Source: Okamejei kenojei (lineage: Eukaryota). From it: a DNA stretch of 64,000 nt. Every line of letters starts with the position of its first letter. The stretch's first letter is position 1. The DNA is taken from positions 1,302,001-1,366,000 of the forward strand of contig CM069160.1 in assembly GCA_035221665.1 (NCBI GenBank), given 5' to 3'. Below, piece by piece: positions 34,835-46,929 of the stretch. Made by a program: the position numbers and the translations under genes. The notes beneath the pieces were generated by a model. That model saw only the letters and a list, made by a program, of their open reading frames with translations, was not told where the DNA came from and made no database searches.

Positions 34835-37800
34835 TTATACATTCAATGCTTTTCTTTTTAAAATTACTGTTAGGGGTTTACTTCCCGGCTTCACCGTCCA
34901 CTGTTCCTCCTCCTCAGGAACGGGTGGATCGACGGGTCCTTTAACCTGGATCGCGTGGGTCCACCCTTTCTCTTTTGTTCGTATTGCTGTCTCGGTTGTC
35001 AGTAATACTAGGTACGGTCCAGTCCACCTGGGCTGGAGTTTCTCCTCCTTCCAATTTTTGACCAGTACCCAGTCGCCGGCCTTTACAGCATGTATTGGAA
35101 AGTCAAGTGGCGGGCTTTGAGCCAATAATCCTTTCGCTTTTAATTCTGTAAGGGAACGGGACACTGCCAGTAAATAGTTCCTCAAGAATACATCACCTCC
35201 CTCAAAGGTTGGTGTGCCTTCCACCTTCCCAAATAAGATAACCCAAACAACATTTCATAGGGAGACACCGCAATATCCTTTCGTGGTGCCGTCCGTATTC
35301 GCAATAGAGCAATTGGTAGACATTTAGTCCAGGGTAACCCCGTCTCCTCCATTAATTTAGTTATCTGTATTTTTAGAGTGGCATTCATCCGCTCCACTCT
35401 CCCCGAACTCTGGGGGTGCCATGGAGTATGCAGCTTCCAGTTTATTCCCAAGGCGTGACAAATTAATAGGTGCACCTTGGAAGCAAAATGTGTTCCTCGA
35501 TCTGAGTCTATGGATTCAATTACTCCATATCGTGGGATGATTTGTTCCAGCAATATCTTAGTAACTGCCTGGGCAGTGGCATTTATCGTGGGAAATGCCT
35601 CTACCCACCTGGTGAAGTGATCCACTATAACTAGAAGATATTTCCACTGCTGTACTTTTGGTAATTCTGTGAAGTCTACCTGTATTCTCTGGAAGGGTCT
35701 AATGGCCAATTGTTGTCCTCCCCCCTGGGACAGCTCTCATTACCTTCTTATTCACCTTCTGACACACTACACAACCAGACACCGCCTGCTTGGCTAAAGT
35801 ATAAATGCCTCTACAGGCATAAGTCCGTAGTATCTGTCGCACAGAGCCTGAACTCCCCAGTGCGATTGCGAATGTAGTTGTCTAATCAAATCCCTCGTCA
35901 ATCCTTTAGTAATTATTTGTTTTTTGTCTGGCGTCCACCACTTCCCGTCCGTGGAGCGCCGGGCACCCAACTCATTCATTTTATCTTCCTCCTCCCGCGA
36001 GAATACAGGTATCTTCTCTATTCCCTCTCTCAACGATATCAGAGACAGCATTTTTTACCGTTCCTTCTGTCGCTGCTGTCTTAGCGGCACTATCGACTGC
36101 CCTGTTCCCTCTAGCTTCCAGCGAATTCCCTCTCTGGTGGCCTGCTTACATGGACCACCGCTATTCTTTCTGGCAATTTTAGTGCTTCCAAAGCTTTCTC
36201 AATTAACTGTTCATGAGCCAACTCTTTCCCTCTGGCTGTAATCATCCCTCTTTCTTTCCAGATTTTCCCAAAGGTGTGTACCACCCCAAAGGCATACTTG
36301 GAGTCCGTATACACAGTTCCTTCTTTCCCTTTCAATAGTTCCAATGCCCTCAGTAATGCATACAATTCACACGTTTGCGCGGACCAACTTCCTGGTAACC
36401 TGCCTGCTTCCACTTTTTCAAACCCTTCTCCGGTTATTATAGCATACCCACTATACCTTTTTCCGTCTATGCATCGGGAAGAACCATCAATAAACCATCT
36501 TTCCCCTGTCTCAAGCGGTCGTTCTTCTAAATCTTCCCTACTCTTTGTCTGAAGTTCTATTATCTCACTACAATCATGTTCTGATAACTCCCCTTCCTGC
36601 TCAGCACCTGCCGAGTACAAAAACTGAGAGGGATTTAGGTTTTTATCCGTTACTATGGTCAAATCATTCTTTTCCATAAGTATAACCTCATACTTCAAAA
36701 TTCTAAAATCCGTCAACCACCAACTGGACTTCTGAGTTAGTATCGTCCGGACCGTGTGGGGAGTGGACACCACCAGAGTTCCTCCAAACGTCAATTTTTC
36801 CTACTTTCTTCCACTAACACTGCTGTGGCTGCTACCGCTTGAATACATACTGGCCATCCCCGCGATACTGGATCCAAGAGTTTGGAGAGGAACGCAACGG
36901 GCTGCCGCTTCCCTCCTTTCTCTTGGGTTAGTACTCCCAGCGCAATTCCATTTTCTGCGTTCACAAAAAGATGGAATGGCTGGTCAATAGACGGGAGAGC
37001 CAGTACAGGGGCAGTGATTAAACTGTTCTTTAATTTCCTAAACTGGTGTTCGTCCCTGGATTCCCACTTTACTTTATCATTTTCTTCACTTAATTTATCA
37101 TATAGAAACCTAACCTGTCGGGTATCTATCCATAATCTACAATATCCAATCAGTCCAAGAAACTTCCTAATCTCCTTCTTATTCTTCGGCATTGGCAGTC
37201 CGGTAATTCCCGCTATCCTTTCTGGGTTTATTCTCCTTTTCCCATCGCTTATCAGGTGTCCTAGATATTTAACTTCTCGTTCTACAAACTGTAATTTACT
37301 TTTAGACACTCTCAACCCCTTTTCCCCCAGAAAGTTCAGGAGGGTTATTGTTGCATCCTTAACTGCCTCCTCTTCTTCCCCTGATAGTAATAAAATCGTC
37401 CACATACTGCAACAGCTGTGTCTCATCAGTCCTCGGGACGTCCTCTAATACTTGTTCTAATATCTGTCCAAACAGGTTCGGGGACTGTAAATCCCTGAGG
37501 GAGTGCAGTCCACCGATACTGCTGTTTCCTTTGGGTCTCTGGGTTTTCCCATTCAAACGCAAAAAGGTCCCTGCTCTCTTCAGCCAGGGGACAGCTCCAA
37601 AAAGCGTCTTTTAAATCTACCACACTGAACCATTTGTGATTCGGGGGTATCCGTCCCATTATGGTATACGGGTTCGGGACTACCGGGTGTCGCGTTCTAA
37701 CTACCTTATTTAATTCCCTGAGATCCTGGACCAATCTGAACGTCCCGTCGGTCTTCCTTACGGGGAGTACGGGGGTGTTATATGGGGACATACAACTCTC

Positions 37801-38373
37801 TAATATACCATCTTTTAGTAAGTTCTCTATAATTGGCTGAAGTCCTCTCCTTCCTTCCATAGAAATTGGATATTGCCTTACCCGTACTATCTCACTTTCT
37901 TTTTTCAGAGCTATTTTCAAGGGTGGGATCTGCAGCCCACCCCGGTTTCCTTCCTTGGCCCACACCTGCGGGACTATTCTTCCCTCGTCCTCAGTGGTCA
38001 ATTTATACAATTGGACTATTATCTGTCCCCCTACGGGGGCTGTTCCCATTCTTAATTGAATTTGTAAGTCTCTTCCCATCAAATTTATCCCTGCCTGGGG
38101 TACCAAGATTAAATCTTCCATAGTTTCCCGATTCTCATATTTCACCACCACCCCTTCTACCTCGGGTAATGTCATCACTTTCCCTTCTACCCCTGAGATT
38201 CTAACTTGTTTTTTACCCAATCTCATTCCTTCTGGTACCTTAGTTACACTTGATCTCTCTGCTCCCGAATCTACCATAAATATCATATCCTCTCCCTGGG
38301 GTCCTAATCTCAAGTTTACCAGAGGTTCCCGTGTGTATCCCATACACCCCAGGGAGCAGGACCCCTGACTCCC
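34835..38373 (-). pseudogene. pol: ERV pro-pol (PR-RT-RNaseH-IN), frameshifted
   Basis: FMVDSGA, VVDLKDAFW, LPQGF, YVDD, WFIDGSS, YTDSKYAF, HSQSHWG, QVDFTELP, IDSDRGTHF, SSGRVERMN, WTGPY. Confidence 0.93.
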
Positions 38374-39170
38374 CTATTCTTCCTCCATGAGTGCGTACGA
38401 CTGCACCTCCCGTCGTCGCTTAGGACATTCCCTCTTGAAATGACCCTCCTCTTTACAATAATAACACCAGGGTGGCCCCGTGTACCACCCTCCTGATCCT
38501 TGTTCCTTGTTCTCCCGGGGACCCCAACTTCGGTCCCTCCATTCACCTCTTCCTCGTCCTCCAATACTACTTGCTGTACTGCTTGCAACATCATTTTTGC
38601 CTTTCCCTTCTGTTTCTCCTCATCCCGTCTTACATATACCTTTTGAGCCTCTGTTAACAACTGATTCAATGGTTTTTCATTCCAATCTTCCAATTTCTTT
38701 CTAATATCTGGCCATGATTTTGTTACAAAATTAACCTTCAACAACTGCTGACCTGCGGTCGTATCAGGGTCTATCCCCGAATACTGCTGGACATTTTTCC
38801 TTAATCTTTGTAAAAACACTGTCGGAAGTTCGTCCTTGTTCTGCTGATTTTCAAAAGCCCGTTCGAAATTCTGTCCCTTGGGAACGGCTTCTCTAATTCC
38901 CTTGATTGTTATCTCCCTGAGATCTCTCACACTTCTTCTGTTTGGTTACTCCAATTTGTGCCGTAATGGGATATTTTACTGCTCTCGCTTTAATCCTGTA
39001 ACCCCTTCTCCTGCCTGTCTGACCATCTGTCTTTCTTCTGAAGTAAACAAACTTCCCCTTATTGACATCATTGTCTGCCAACTCCTTTTTTTTTCTGGGC
39101 CCCATTAATTTATTACCCTTCTCCAACCAGAATGTTTATCTAAACAAACCATAAAAGCTGCTTGTTGTTC
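38374..39170 (-). pseudogene. gag: ERV gag C-terminal part (capsid, nucleocapsid)
   Basis: QQNKDELPTVFLQRLRK, FVTKSWPDIRKKL, CYYCKEEGHFKRECP knuckle, amber stop at 38374-38376. Confidence 0.85.
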
Positions 39171-41112
39171 AGCAACCAACCAGAAGGTGGTGAATCTGAG
39201 GAATTAATTGCCACAGACGACTATGGAGGCCAAGTCATTGGGTATATATAAAGCGGAGATGGACAGTTTCTTGATCAGTAAGGGTGTCAAAGGTTACAAG
39301 GAGAGGGGAGGAGAATGGGGTTAGGAGGGAGAGGGAAAGATAGATCAGGCGTGATAGAATGGTGACGTAGACTCGGGCCAAATGGCCTAATTGTGCTCCT
39401 CTCACATCACATCCCCCAAAAACCCATGCTCACCCCTTGCTAAGAACGTTATCTGCTAGGTTTCAATCAGATCCACCCTCATCCTTCTAAACTCCAGGGA
39501 GAACAGGCCCAGAGCCATCAAACGCTCCTCCCACAATAAATCAATCATCCCTGGCATAATTCCCTTTCCAACACCTGCGTATACTTCCTCAGATATGGGG
39601 CCCGAAATTACCCACAATATTCCAAATGTGGCTTCATCAGCGCCTTATAAAGCCTCAGCATTCCATCCCCGTTTTTTATATTCTAGTCCTCCTGAAAAGA
39701 ATGCATTTGACTTCCTTACTACCGATAAAACCTGCAAATTAAGGTTTTGGTAATCCTGCATTACCACTCCCAAGTTCATTTGCACTAATTTCTGTATCCT
39801 CTTCTCATTTAGAAAATAGTTGATGCCTTTACTCCTGCACCAAAGTGCATGACCACACACTTAGTTACACTGTATTCCATCTGCCGCTTCTTTGTCCACT
39901 CTCCCAATGCGTCCAAGTTCTCTGCAGACATCCTGCTTTATCTACATTACCTGCCTCTCCCCTTATCTTTGTCTCATCAGAAAACCAAGCCACAAAGCCA
40001 TCAATTCCATCATCTAAATCATTAACATTCACTGTGAAGAGTAACAACCCCAGCAGCAACCTCTGCAGAACACCACTAGCAGCCACTGTCACTGGCAGCC
40101 AACCAGAATAAGCCACCTTTACAGCCATTCTTTGTGTTCTGCCATCCAGCCAACCTTCTGACACCATGGGGTCTCGTCGTGTTTAACAGGCTCACATGCC
40201 TTTTGAAAATCCAAGTTAAAAACATCCACTGACTCTCCTTTGTCTATCCCACTATTTACATCCTGAAAGAATTCCAACAGATTTGTCAGGCAAGATCTCC
40301 CCTTCACAAAACCATGCTGTCCATGGCCTATTTTATCACGGGCTCCTAAATACTTGGAAACATCCATAGTAATGGACTCTAAAATCATACCAACCACTTA
40401 AGTCAGGTGAACGGGCCTAAAGTTTCCCCTGTTTTGCCTCGCTCTCTAGTTGAAATTTGTAGTTTCCCAGTCCTCTGGAACCACTCCTGACTTTAGTGGT
40501 TCTTGAAAAATTACTACTAATACCTCAACCATCTCTAAAGCAACTTATTTCAGAACCTGGGGTGTAGTCCATCTGGTCCAGGAGACTTATCCACCTTCAG
40601 ACCTTTCAGCTTCCCAGGTGCCTTCTCCTTAGTAATAGCAACTGCACTCCTTCTGGCCCCTGACTCTTAAAATTCTGGCACATTGCTGGTGTCTTCTATC
40701 TGTGAAGACTGATGCAAAAAACGTATTCAATTTGTCTGCCATTTCTTTATTCCCCATTATCACCTCAGCTTTATTATCCAGTGGTCCAATGTCCACTCTT
40801 GCCTCTTTTACTCTTTACATATCTGAAGAAACCTTTGCAATTCTCTTTAATATTATTGGCTAGCTTATCTTTACATTTCATCTTTTCTCCCTGTATTGCT
40901 TTTTTATTTATCTTCTGTTGTTTTTTAAAAGCTTCCCAATCCACCAGTTTCCAACTGATGTTTGTAATATTATACACCTGCCCTTTTACTTTTATGCTCT
41001 CTTTGACATCCTTTGTCTGTCACAGTCACCTCATTCTCCCCTTGACTATTTCTTCCTCATTGGGATGAAAGGATCCTGCATCTTCCAAGTTACTCCATGA
41101 AACACCTGTCAT

Positions 41113-42544
41113 CAGGGCTGGCCTTAGGAGGTGCGGGTCCCAATTGGGAACAATTTTGGTGAGCCCCAGGTTCCCAGCCAAGGTCTGTAGAGTCATAGAA
41201 ATAGAAATAAAATCTATTATAGACTTTATATTTCTATGGTAGAACGGCAAGTAATCAAAATGTGCACTTAAAAAGTGCTTGAGAGTTAAAGGACCAAATA
41301 GTTTTGACACGCTAGAGGCAGGAAACATGTTCCCGATGTTGGGGGAGTCCAGAACCAGGGGCCACAGTTTAAGAATCAGGAGTAAGCCATTTAGAACGGA
41401 AACGAGGAAACACTTTTTCTCACAGAGAATGGTGAGTCTGTGGAATTCTCTGCCTCAGAGGGCGGTGGAGGCAGGTTCTCTGGATGCTTTCAAGAGAGAG
41501 CTGGATAGGGCTCTTAAACTGGCAAAAAACAGGAAAGCAGACTATTATTTAAATGGTGGCCGATTAGGAAAAGGGGAGATGCAGCGAGACCTGGGTGTCA
41601 TGGTACACCAGTCATTGAAAGTAGGCATGCAGGTGTAGCAGGCAGTGAAAAAAGCGAATGGTATGTTAGCTTTCATAGCAAAAGGATTTGAGTACAGGAG
41701 CAGGGAGGTTCTACTTCAGTTGTACAGGGTCTTGGTGAGACCACACCTGGAGTATTGCGTACAGTTTTGGTCTCCAAATCTGAGGAAGGACATTATTGCC
41801 ATAGAGGGAGTGCAGAGAAGGTTCACCAGACTGATTCCTGGGATGTCAGGACTGTCTTATGAAGAAAGACTGGATAGACTCGGTTTATACTCTCTGGAAT
41901 TTAGGAGATTGAGAGGGGATCTTATAGAAATTTACAAAATTCTTAAGGGGTTGGACAGGCTAGATGCAGGAAGATTGTTCCCGATGTTGGGGAAGTCCAG
42001 GACAAGGGGTCACAGCTTAAGGATAAGGGGGAAATCCTTTAAGACCGAGATGAGAAAGACTTTTTTCACACAGAGAGTGGTGAGTCTCTGGAACTCTCTG
42101 CCACGGAGGGTAGTTGAGGCCAGTTCATTGGTTATATTTAAGAGTGAGTTGGATGTGGCCCTTGTGGCTAAGGGGATCAGAGGGTATGGAGAGAAGGCAG
42201 GAACGGGGTACTGATTGGGGATGATCAGCCATGATCACATTGAATGGCGGTGCTGGCTCGAAGGGCCGAATGGCCTGCTCCTGCACCTATTGTCTGTTGT
42301 CTAGATCTAAGCTACATTTTAATATAAAATTGCACACATGTAAGCCTACAAGTAACAAACAAAATGTGTAGATCACCTCTGAAAAGTACATAGTTACAAT
42401 ACCACTTGTTTTAGTGTCTGTGAAATGAAAAAAAAAAACTAGATCGTGGAAAACCAATAACTATTGGCGAAAAACCAGTCCAGGCATTACATTTTGGGCT
42501 TCAGCCCCATCCTACCCTTTGGACTTCTACCCCATCCTAACTTA

Positions 42545-42581
<37 letters not shown>

Positions 42582-43698
42582 TAGTTGTGTGTATGTTAGT
42601 TGTCTGTGCGTGATGTGTGTTAGTTGTCTGTGCGTTTATGTGTGTGTGTGGGGGGGGGGGGGGGGGGGAGAGAAGGGAGTGTGGGAAGTAGAGAAGGGAG
42701 GGAAGGAAGGAAGGAGAGAAGGGAAAGGAGAAATGGAAGGGAGGGTGGGAAGGGAAGGGAAAGAGAGAAGGGAGGGAGAGGGCTGGCGGCGGGAGCGGAT
42801 GCCGGGGTTCGGGCGGACGAGTGTGAGCTGAGGCCAAGGTTTGTAAATGTTGCTCCAACCCCTGGCCGGGCCCTCCCTGATTTGTTCACTGCGTCTCCCC
42901 GGGGTGGCGCAATGAGAGAGGGGTGGAGCCGGGGCTGTGCGCATGAAGCACGGCGACTGGAGGGGCGGGAGCGCTGCCCGGGACCGTGAGGGAATGATGC
43001 ACCTCCCCTCCACATTCCCCCTCGCACCCCCTCCCCATCTACCCCTTTCTTCCCCATCTATCCCTCTACTCTCCTCTCTCCCCCCTCCACCCGGGGTAGA
43101 TCTACCGAGCCGAGAGTATTTTACTCCAAAGCAAAGCTGAGAGATTAAAGGATAGACACAAAATGCAGCGGGTCGGCGGCATTTTGGACAAAAGGGAATA
43201 GGTGACATTTCGGGTCGAGACCTTCTTCAGACGGAGTCGGGGGAAACCATCCTGAAACGATCCTCCTCCGACACGGGCACGGAGCGATCGCTGGCACCTC
43301 CTTTCTTTTGGTAACCATCAGGTTTTCAGGAAATCCTTCGGGTTTTTTTTTTCCTCCTTACCATTTCTGTACTTTTTTCGATGGCTGCCATGACCCATTT
43401 GACGTCATCCTTCACCCTGCTCAAAGCTGCTCTGGTCTCGGCCCGCACCGAGTCCGGAGGCTGTGTGTGTGTGTGTGTGTGTGTTGGTGGCGGAGGGACT
43501 GAGGGGAGAAGCGCCAGCACCAAGAGCGAGCGAACGTGTGGACAGACGGCCGAAAGCAAACGCTGGTTCAGTTATGCCTCTCGCAGCGTTGCGGGGGAAC
43601 AGTTGCGGAGCTCTAGGATCTTTTGATTACTCTAGCGCAGGGCCCCCTAGGGTTAGGGTTAGGGGCCCAATTGGGAGCAATCGGTCCAATCGGCCCTG
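41113..43698. mobile_element. Non-autonomous hAT-like DNA transposon containing CR1 inserts
   Basis: Termini CAGGGCTGG...CGGCCCTG, subterminal cccaattggg motifs, 8-bp TSD cctgtcat (41105-41112) / cctgccgt (43699-43706). Confidence 0.72.
41300..42300 (+). mobile_element. Young CR1 LINE 3' portion (two fused pieces)
   Basis: Intact 189-aa ORF 41645-42214 (VRPHLEYCVQFWSP...TRGHSLRI...FFTQRVV); junction of two copies at ~41518. Confidence 0.9.
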
Positions 43699-44021
43699 CC
43701 TGCCGTTGTTGCTCCACCATTCATTCATGCTGAGGTCCTTTCCAATCAACTTTAGTCAGCTCCTCCCACATGCTTCTGTTACCTTCTCAGCTCGACTGCA
43801 AGCTGCTCTAAGAAGCCATCTCATAGGCACTTTAAGTTACTTCACTTGGGAGCCAGTACTAACCTGATTTCCCCAGTCTACCTGAATGTTGAAATCCACC
43901 ACGACCACCATTGTCTTTCTTACATGCCGATTGTTTCTACTGATGTCATTTGTTCCCTGTCTGCTGGCTCCTGTTCGGACCCTGTATATAACTCCATCAG
44001 TGTCTTTTTAACCTTGCAGTT

Positions 44022-44190
44022 GGGGTCAAGGAAAGAGTGTTCACGTCGCGGCCGTTTCCACCAATCTTTCCATCGCCACCCACAAGAAAGTGCAAGCGCA
44101 AGACAGACACCATTGTATGCAGTGCCGAGAAGTGTGATCAGCTCCGGCTGAGCAACTTCTAATCTTGTGTGTGGACTCAATAAGAAGAAG
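44022..44190 (+). mobile_element. 169-bp retroposed insertion with (AAG)n tail
   Basis: 11-bp TSD accttgcagtt at 44011-44021 and 44191-44201; ends aataagaagaag. Confidence 0.8.
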
Positions 44191-45374
44191 ACCTTGCAGT
44201 TTCTTAGCTCTACCCACAGAGATTCTACATCTTCTGATCCTATGTCACCCCTTGCTATAGGTTGAATTTCATTCCTTACCAGCAGAGCTACCTCGCCCAC
44301 TCTGCCCACCTGTCGGTCTCTTTGATAGGACGTGTAAACTTGGATATTCAGCTCTCAGCAATGATTCTCTTTCAGCCAAGTCTCTGTGATGATCACAATG
44401 TTGTATCTACCAATATCTAACTGTGCTATTAGCTCATCCATCTTCTTCAGTAGACTGTGTGCATTCAAATATATTTCAGTATTCACCACCCACTTCTCAA
44501 AATTGTCCCATTTTGCCTGACAGACTCTTATCCCTTCTTAAACTTTTGGGAGGGGGGGGTGGGGAGTCAGTCAACCCCACGAAGGTAAAGCTAGCCAAGA
44601 ATATAAAGCAGGATAGTAAAAGCTTCTTTAGGTATGTGAAGAGGAAAACATTAGTTAAGACCAAAGTTGTACCCTTGAAACTGAAAAAAGGTGAATTTAT
44701 GATGGGGAACAAGGAAGTGGCAGATAGTTGAACAGGTACTTTGGATCGTTGGATCTGTCTAATAGATCCGTCTATTCTATAGATTCAGGATCAGTTCCTG
44801 TGGATTGGAAGGTAGCTAATGTTATCCCACTTTTTAAGAAAGGCGGGGAGGCGCCGAGAGAGAAAACAGGTAATTATAGACCAGTTAGCCTGACATCGGT
44901 GGTGGGGAAAGATGCCAAACATCAAAGGGATCTTACAGAAGGTGAACCCTTAGAAAGCAACACCAATAGGGATACACCTATTTGGTGTATCTTAAAAATT
45001 GTGCAGACCAACTGGCTGTAGTTTTTGCAGACATCTTCTCACTACTCAGGTCCGAGGTCCCCACCTGCTCTAGAAGGACTGGTACCTTGACATGGCTGAA
45101 TGACGACTGGTGGGTCCTCACTGGGGTTGGTGAGGGTGGATAGAGTTGTGGGTTGCAGACACCCTGGGGACTGGAGGAATTACAGGGACTGGCAAACCAG
45201 GAGTGGGATCTTCAGGGATGGTCAGTTATATTGTGGCACCGATAATGATTTATTCAAAGTGCCAGGTGGTGTGGAGCCCCTGTTCCCAGTGAGTTACCTC
45301 CAGTTGTTTAGTTGCCCAATGCAGATGCCCCTCCTCCCCAGTTAAACCTCACTAACCTCCTTTTCTTTCTCCAG

Positions 45375-45515
45375 ACATTTCCTTGCCGACGTCACCGGTG
45401 TCTCTGCGTCCAGCCGCTGCGTCTCCACCCGGGAGACCTGTACTTGTTACACAGACCACGGCTACATACTCCGTGATTGGATCCTGTACCAATAAACACG
45501 CAAATTAACCCACCA
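45375..45515 (+). other. MHC-IIA: Probable terminal 3'UTR exon 5 of the MHC class II alpha gene
   Basis: Branch point CTAAC (45352-45356), long pyrimidine tract and cAG (45372-45374), non-repetitive sequence, AATAAA at 45491-45496 and GT/T-rich sequence downstream. Exon 4 ends with a donor just after the stop, so a noncoding last exon is required (as in HLA-DRA). Confidence 0.72.
45491..45496 (+). terminator. Polyadenylation signal AATAAA
   Basis: AATAAA ~115 nt into the putative last exon, followed by 'tctgtctgtttattgttggtt' downstream element. Confidence 0.65.
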
Positions 45516-45828
45516 GCCGCCATCTCTGTCTGTTTATTGTTGGTTAATCATAGTCGTAATTATGTACAGCACATAAACAGGCCCTTTGGCCTAACTCATC
45601 CATGCCAACCAGGGTGTCTTCCAGACCTAGTCCATTTGCCTACTTTAGCCCATAATCTCTTTCACTTTACTCACCCATTGTACCTTTAAATGTTGTTTCT
45701 ATACCTGCCTCAACAACCTCTTCTGGCAGCTTGTTCCATATACACCATCCTCTGTGTGAAAATAGTTCTCCCTTGGATCCTCTCAGAATCCCCTCCAATA
45801 ACTCTGCCAACAGTAATGTTAAACCCAA

Positions 45829-46134
45829 GGGCCTGTCCCAATGTACGAGGTAATTCAAGAAAGCCCTACTGAGTAAAAAAAAAATCAAACTCGTGGGTAA
45901 GTACGTAGAATGAACATTGCGGGTATGTTGGAATGTCTCAGCGGCTCGTAATGCTAACGGCAGGTACTCGGTAAACGCGGTAACCTCGTGGAAGACTAGT
46001 GAAGATTTTTCAACATGTAAAACGTCCATGAGAGTCCCGAGTACCTACGAGCGGCTATTACCGTAATTCTCCGAGTTCGAATCAGGGGAAACTCGGGAGA
46101 ACTCTTGAATTAGCTCATACAGTGGGCCTGGCCC
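45829..46134. mobile_element. PIF/Harbinger-type MITE
   Basis: GGGCCTGTCCCAATGTA...TACAGTGGGCCTGGCCC imperfect TIRs; reverse complement of 32038-32344. Confidence 0.75.
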
Positions 46135-46929
46135 TTCACCTGGCGTGTCTAACTTAAATAATGGTACTATATTCACTGCCATCCAGTGTTCTGGACCTCT
46201 TACAAAAGATGATATAAATATCCCTAAAGGGACACAAAGTGCTGGAGTAACACAACAGGTTAGATAACATCGCTGTCGAGGAGATAGATGATATTTTGAG
46301 TCAGAAACCCTTCTGCAGGACTGATGGAGAGGGGGATTAGGGGAGCAGGGGGGGAGAGCAAGGGTCTGACCCCAAAACTATCCATGTTCTCCGGAAAATT
46401 TACAGGACCATTGGTTACTCTAGCACTTTGTGTACTTTTGTGTATTAAACTAGCATCTGCAGTTCTTTTTCTTCCATACCTTCCCACAAGTCTGAGATAC
46501 ACTTGTCAGGCCCAGGGACCTACGTGCCTCAAGGACTCCTTTGTTAATGTGGATACATTTCAGGACATCACGATTCTCTTGACTGAATTGCTAATTTCCA
46601 CGGACGTTCATAATCTTACAATGTAGAGAATGACAAATATTCTACCTTTTTGGTGAAAAAATAATTTCCTTCAGCTCTTTTAAACTCTTCGTCTGAGAAG
46701 GTTCCTCCTGGGTCCTGGATTCCTCAACAAGAGAAAATATCAAATTGTATGGAAGAATTTAAAACCATTTTTAATGTCCCCCTGTCCTGGTCACCGTTTC
46801 CTGCTGGTTCCACACATCACCTCATTTCCCCTGTCCTCCACGTCACCACGTTTCCCCACGTCACTGTGTCCCACTGTCCGCACATCACCATTTCTGCCTG
46901 TGCCCGCTACTTTGTGCCCCCACTTCACC

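Larger units (their letters stand above)
32345..39170 (-). mobile_element. Class I (gamma-like, HERV-I/ERV3-related) endogenous retrovirus, 5' LTR and gag N-terminus deleted
   Basis: 3' LTR, PPT, env, pol and partial gag in retroviral order; gag TAG read-through junction. Confidence 0.95.
39450..44520 (-). mobile_element. Long CR1 LINE interrupted by a hAT-like element and a short insert
   Basis: QHGFVKGRSCLTNLLEFF, VDVFNLDFQKA (39450-41112); endonuclease region VALLVR..VESLWVELRN resumes at 43699. Confidence 0.82.
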
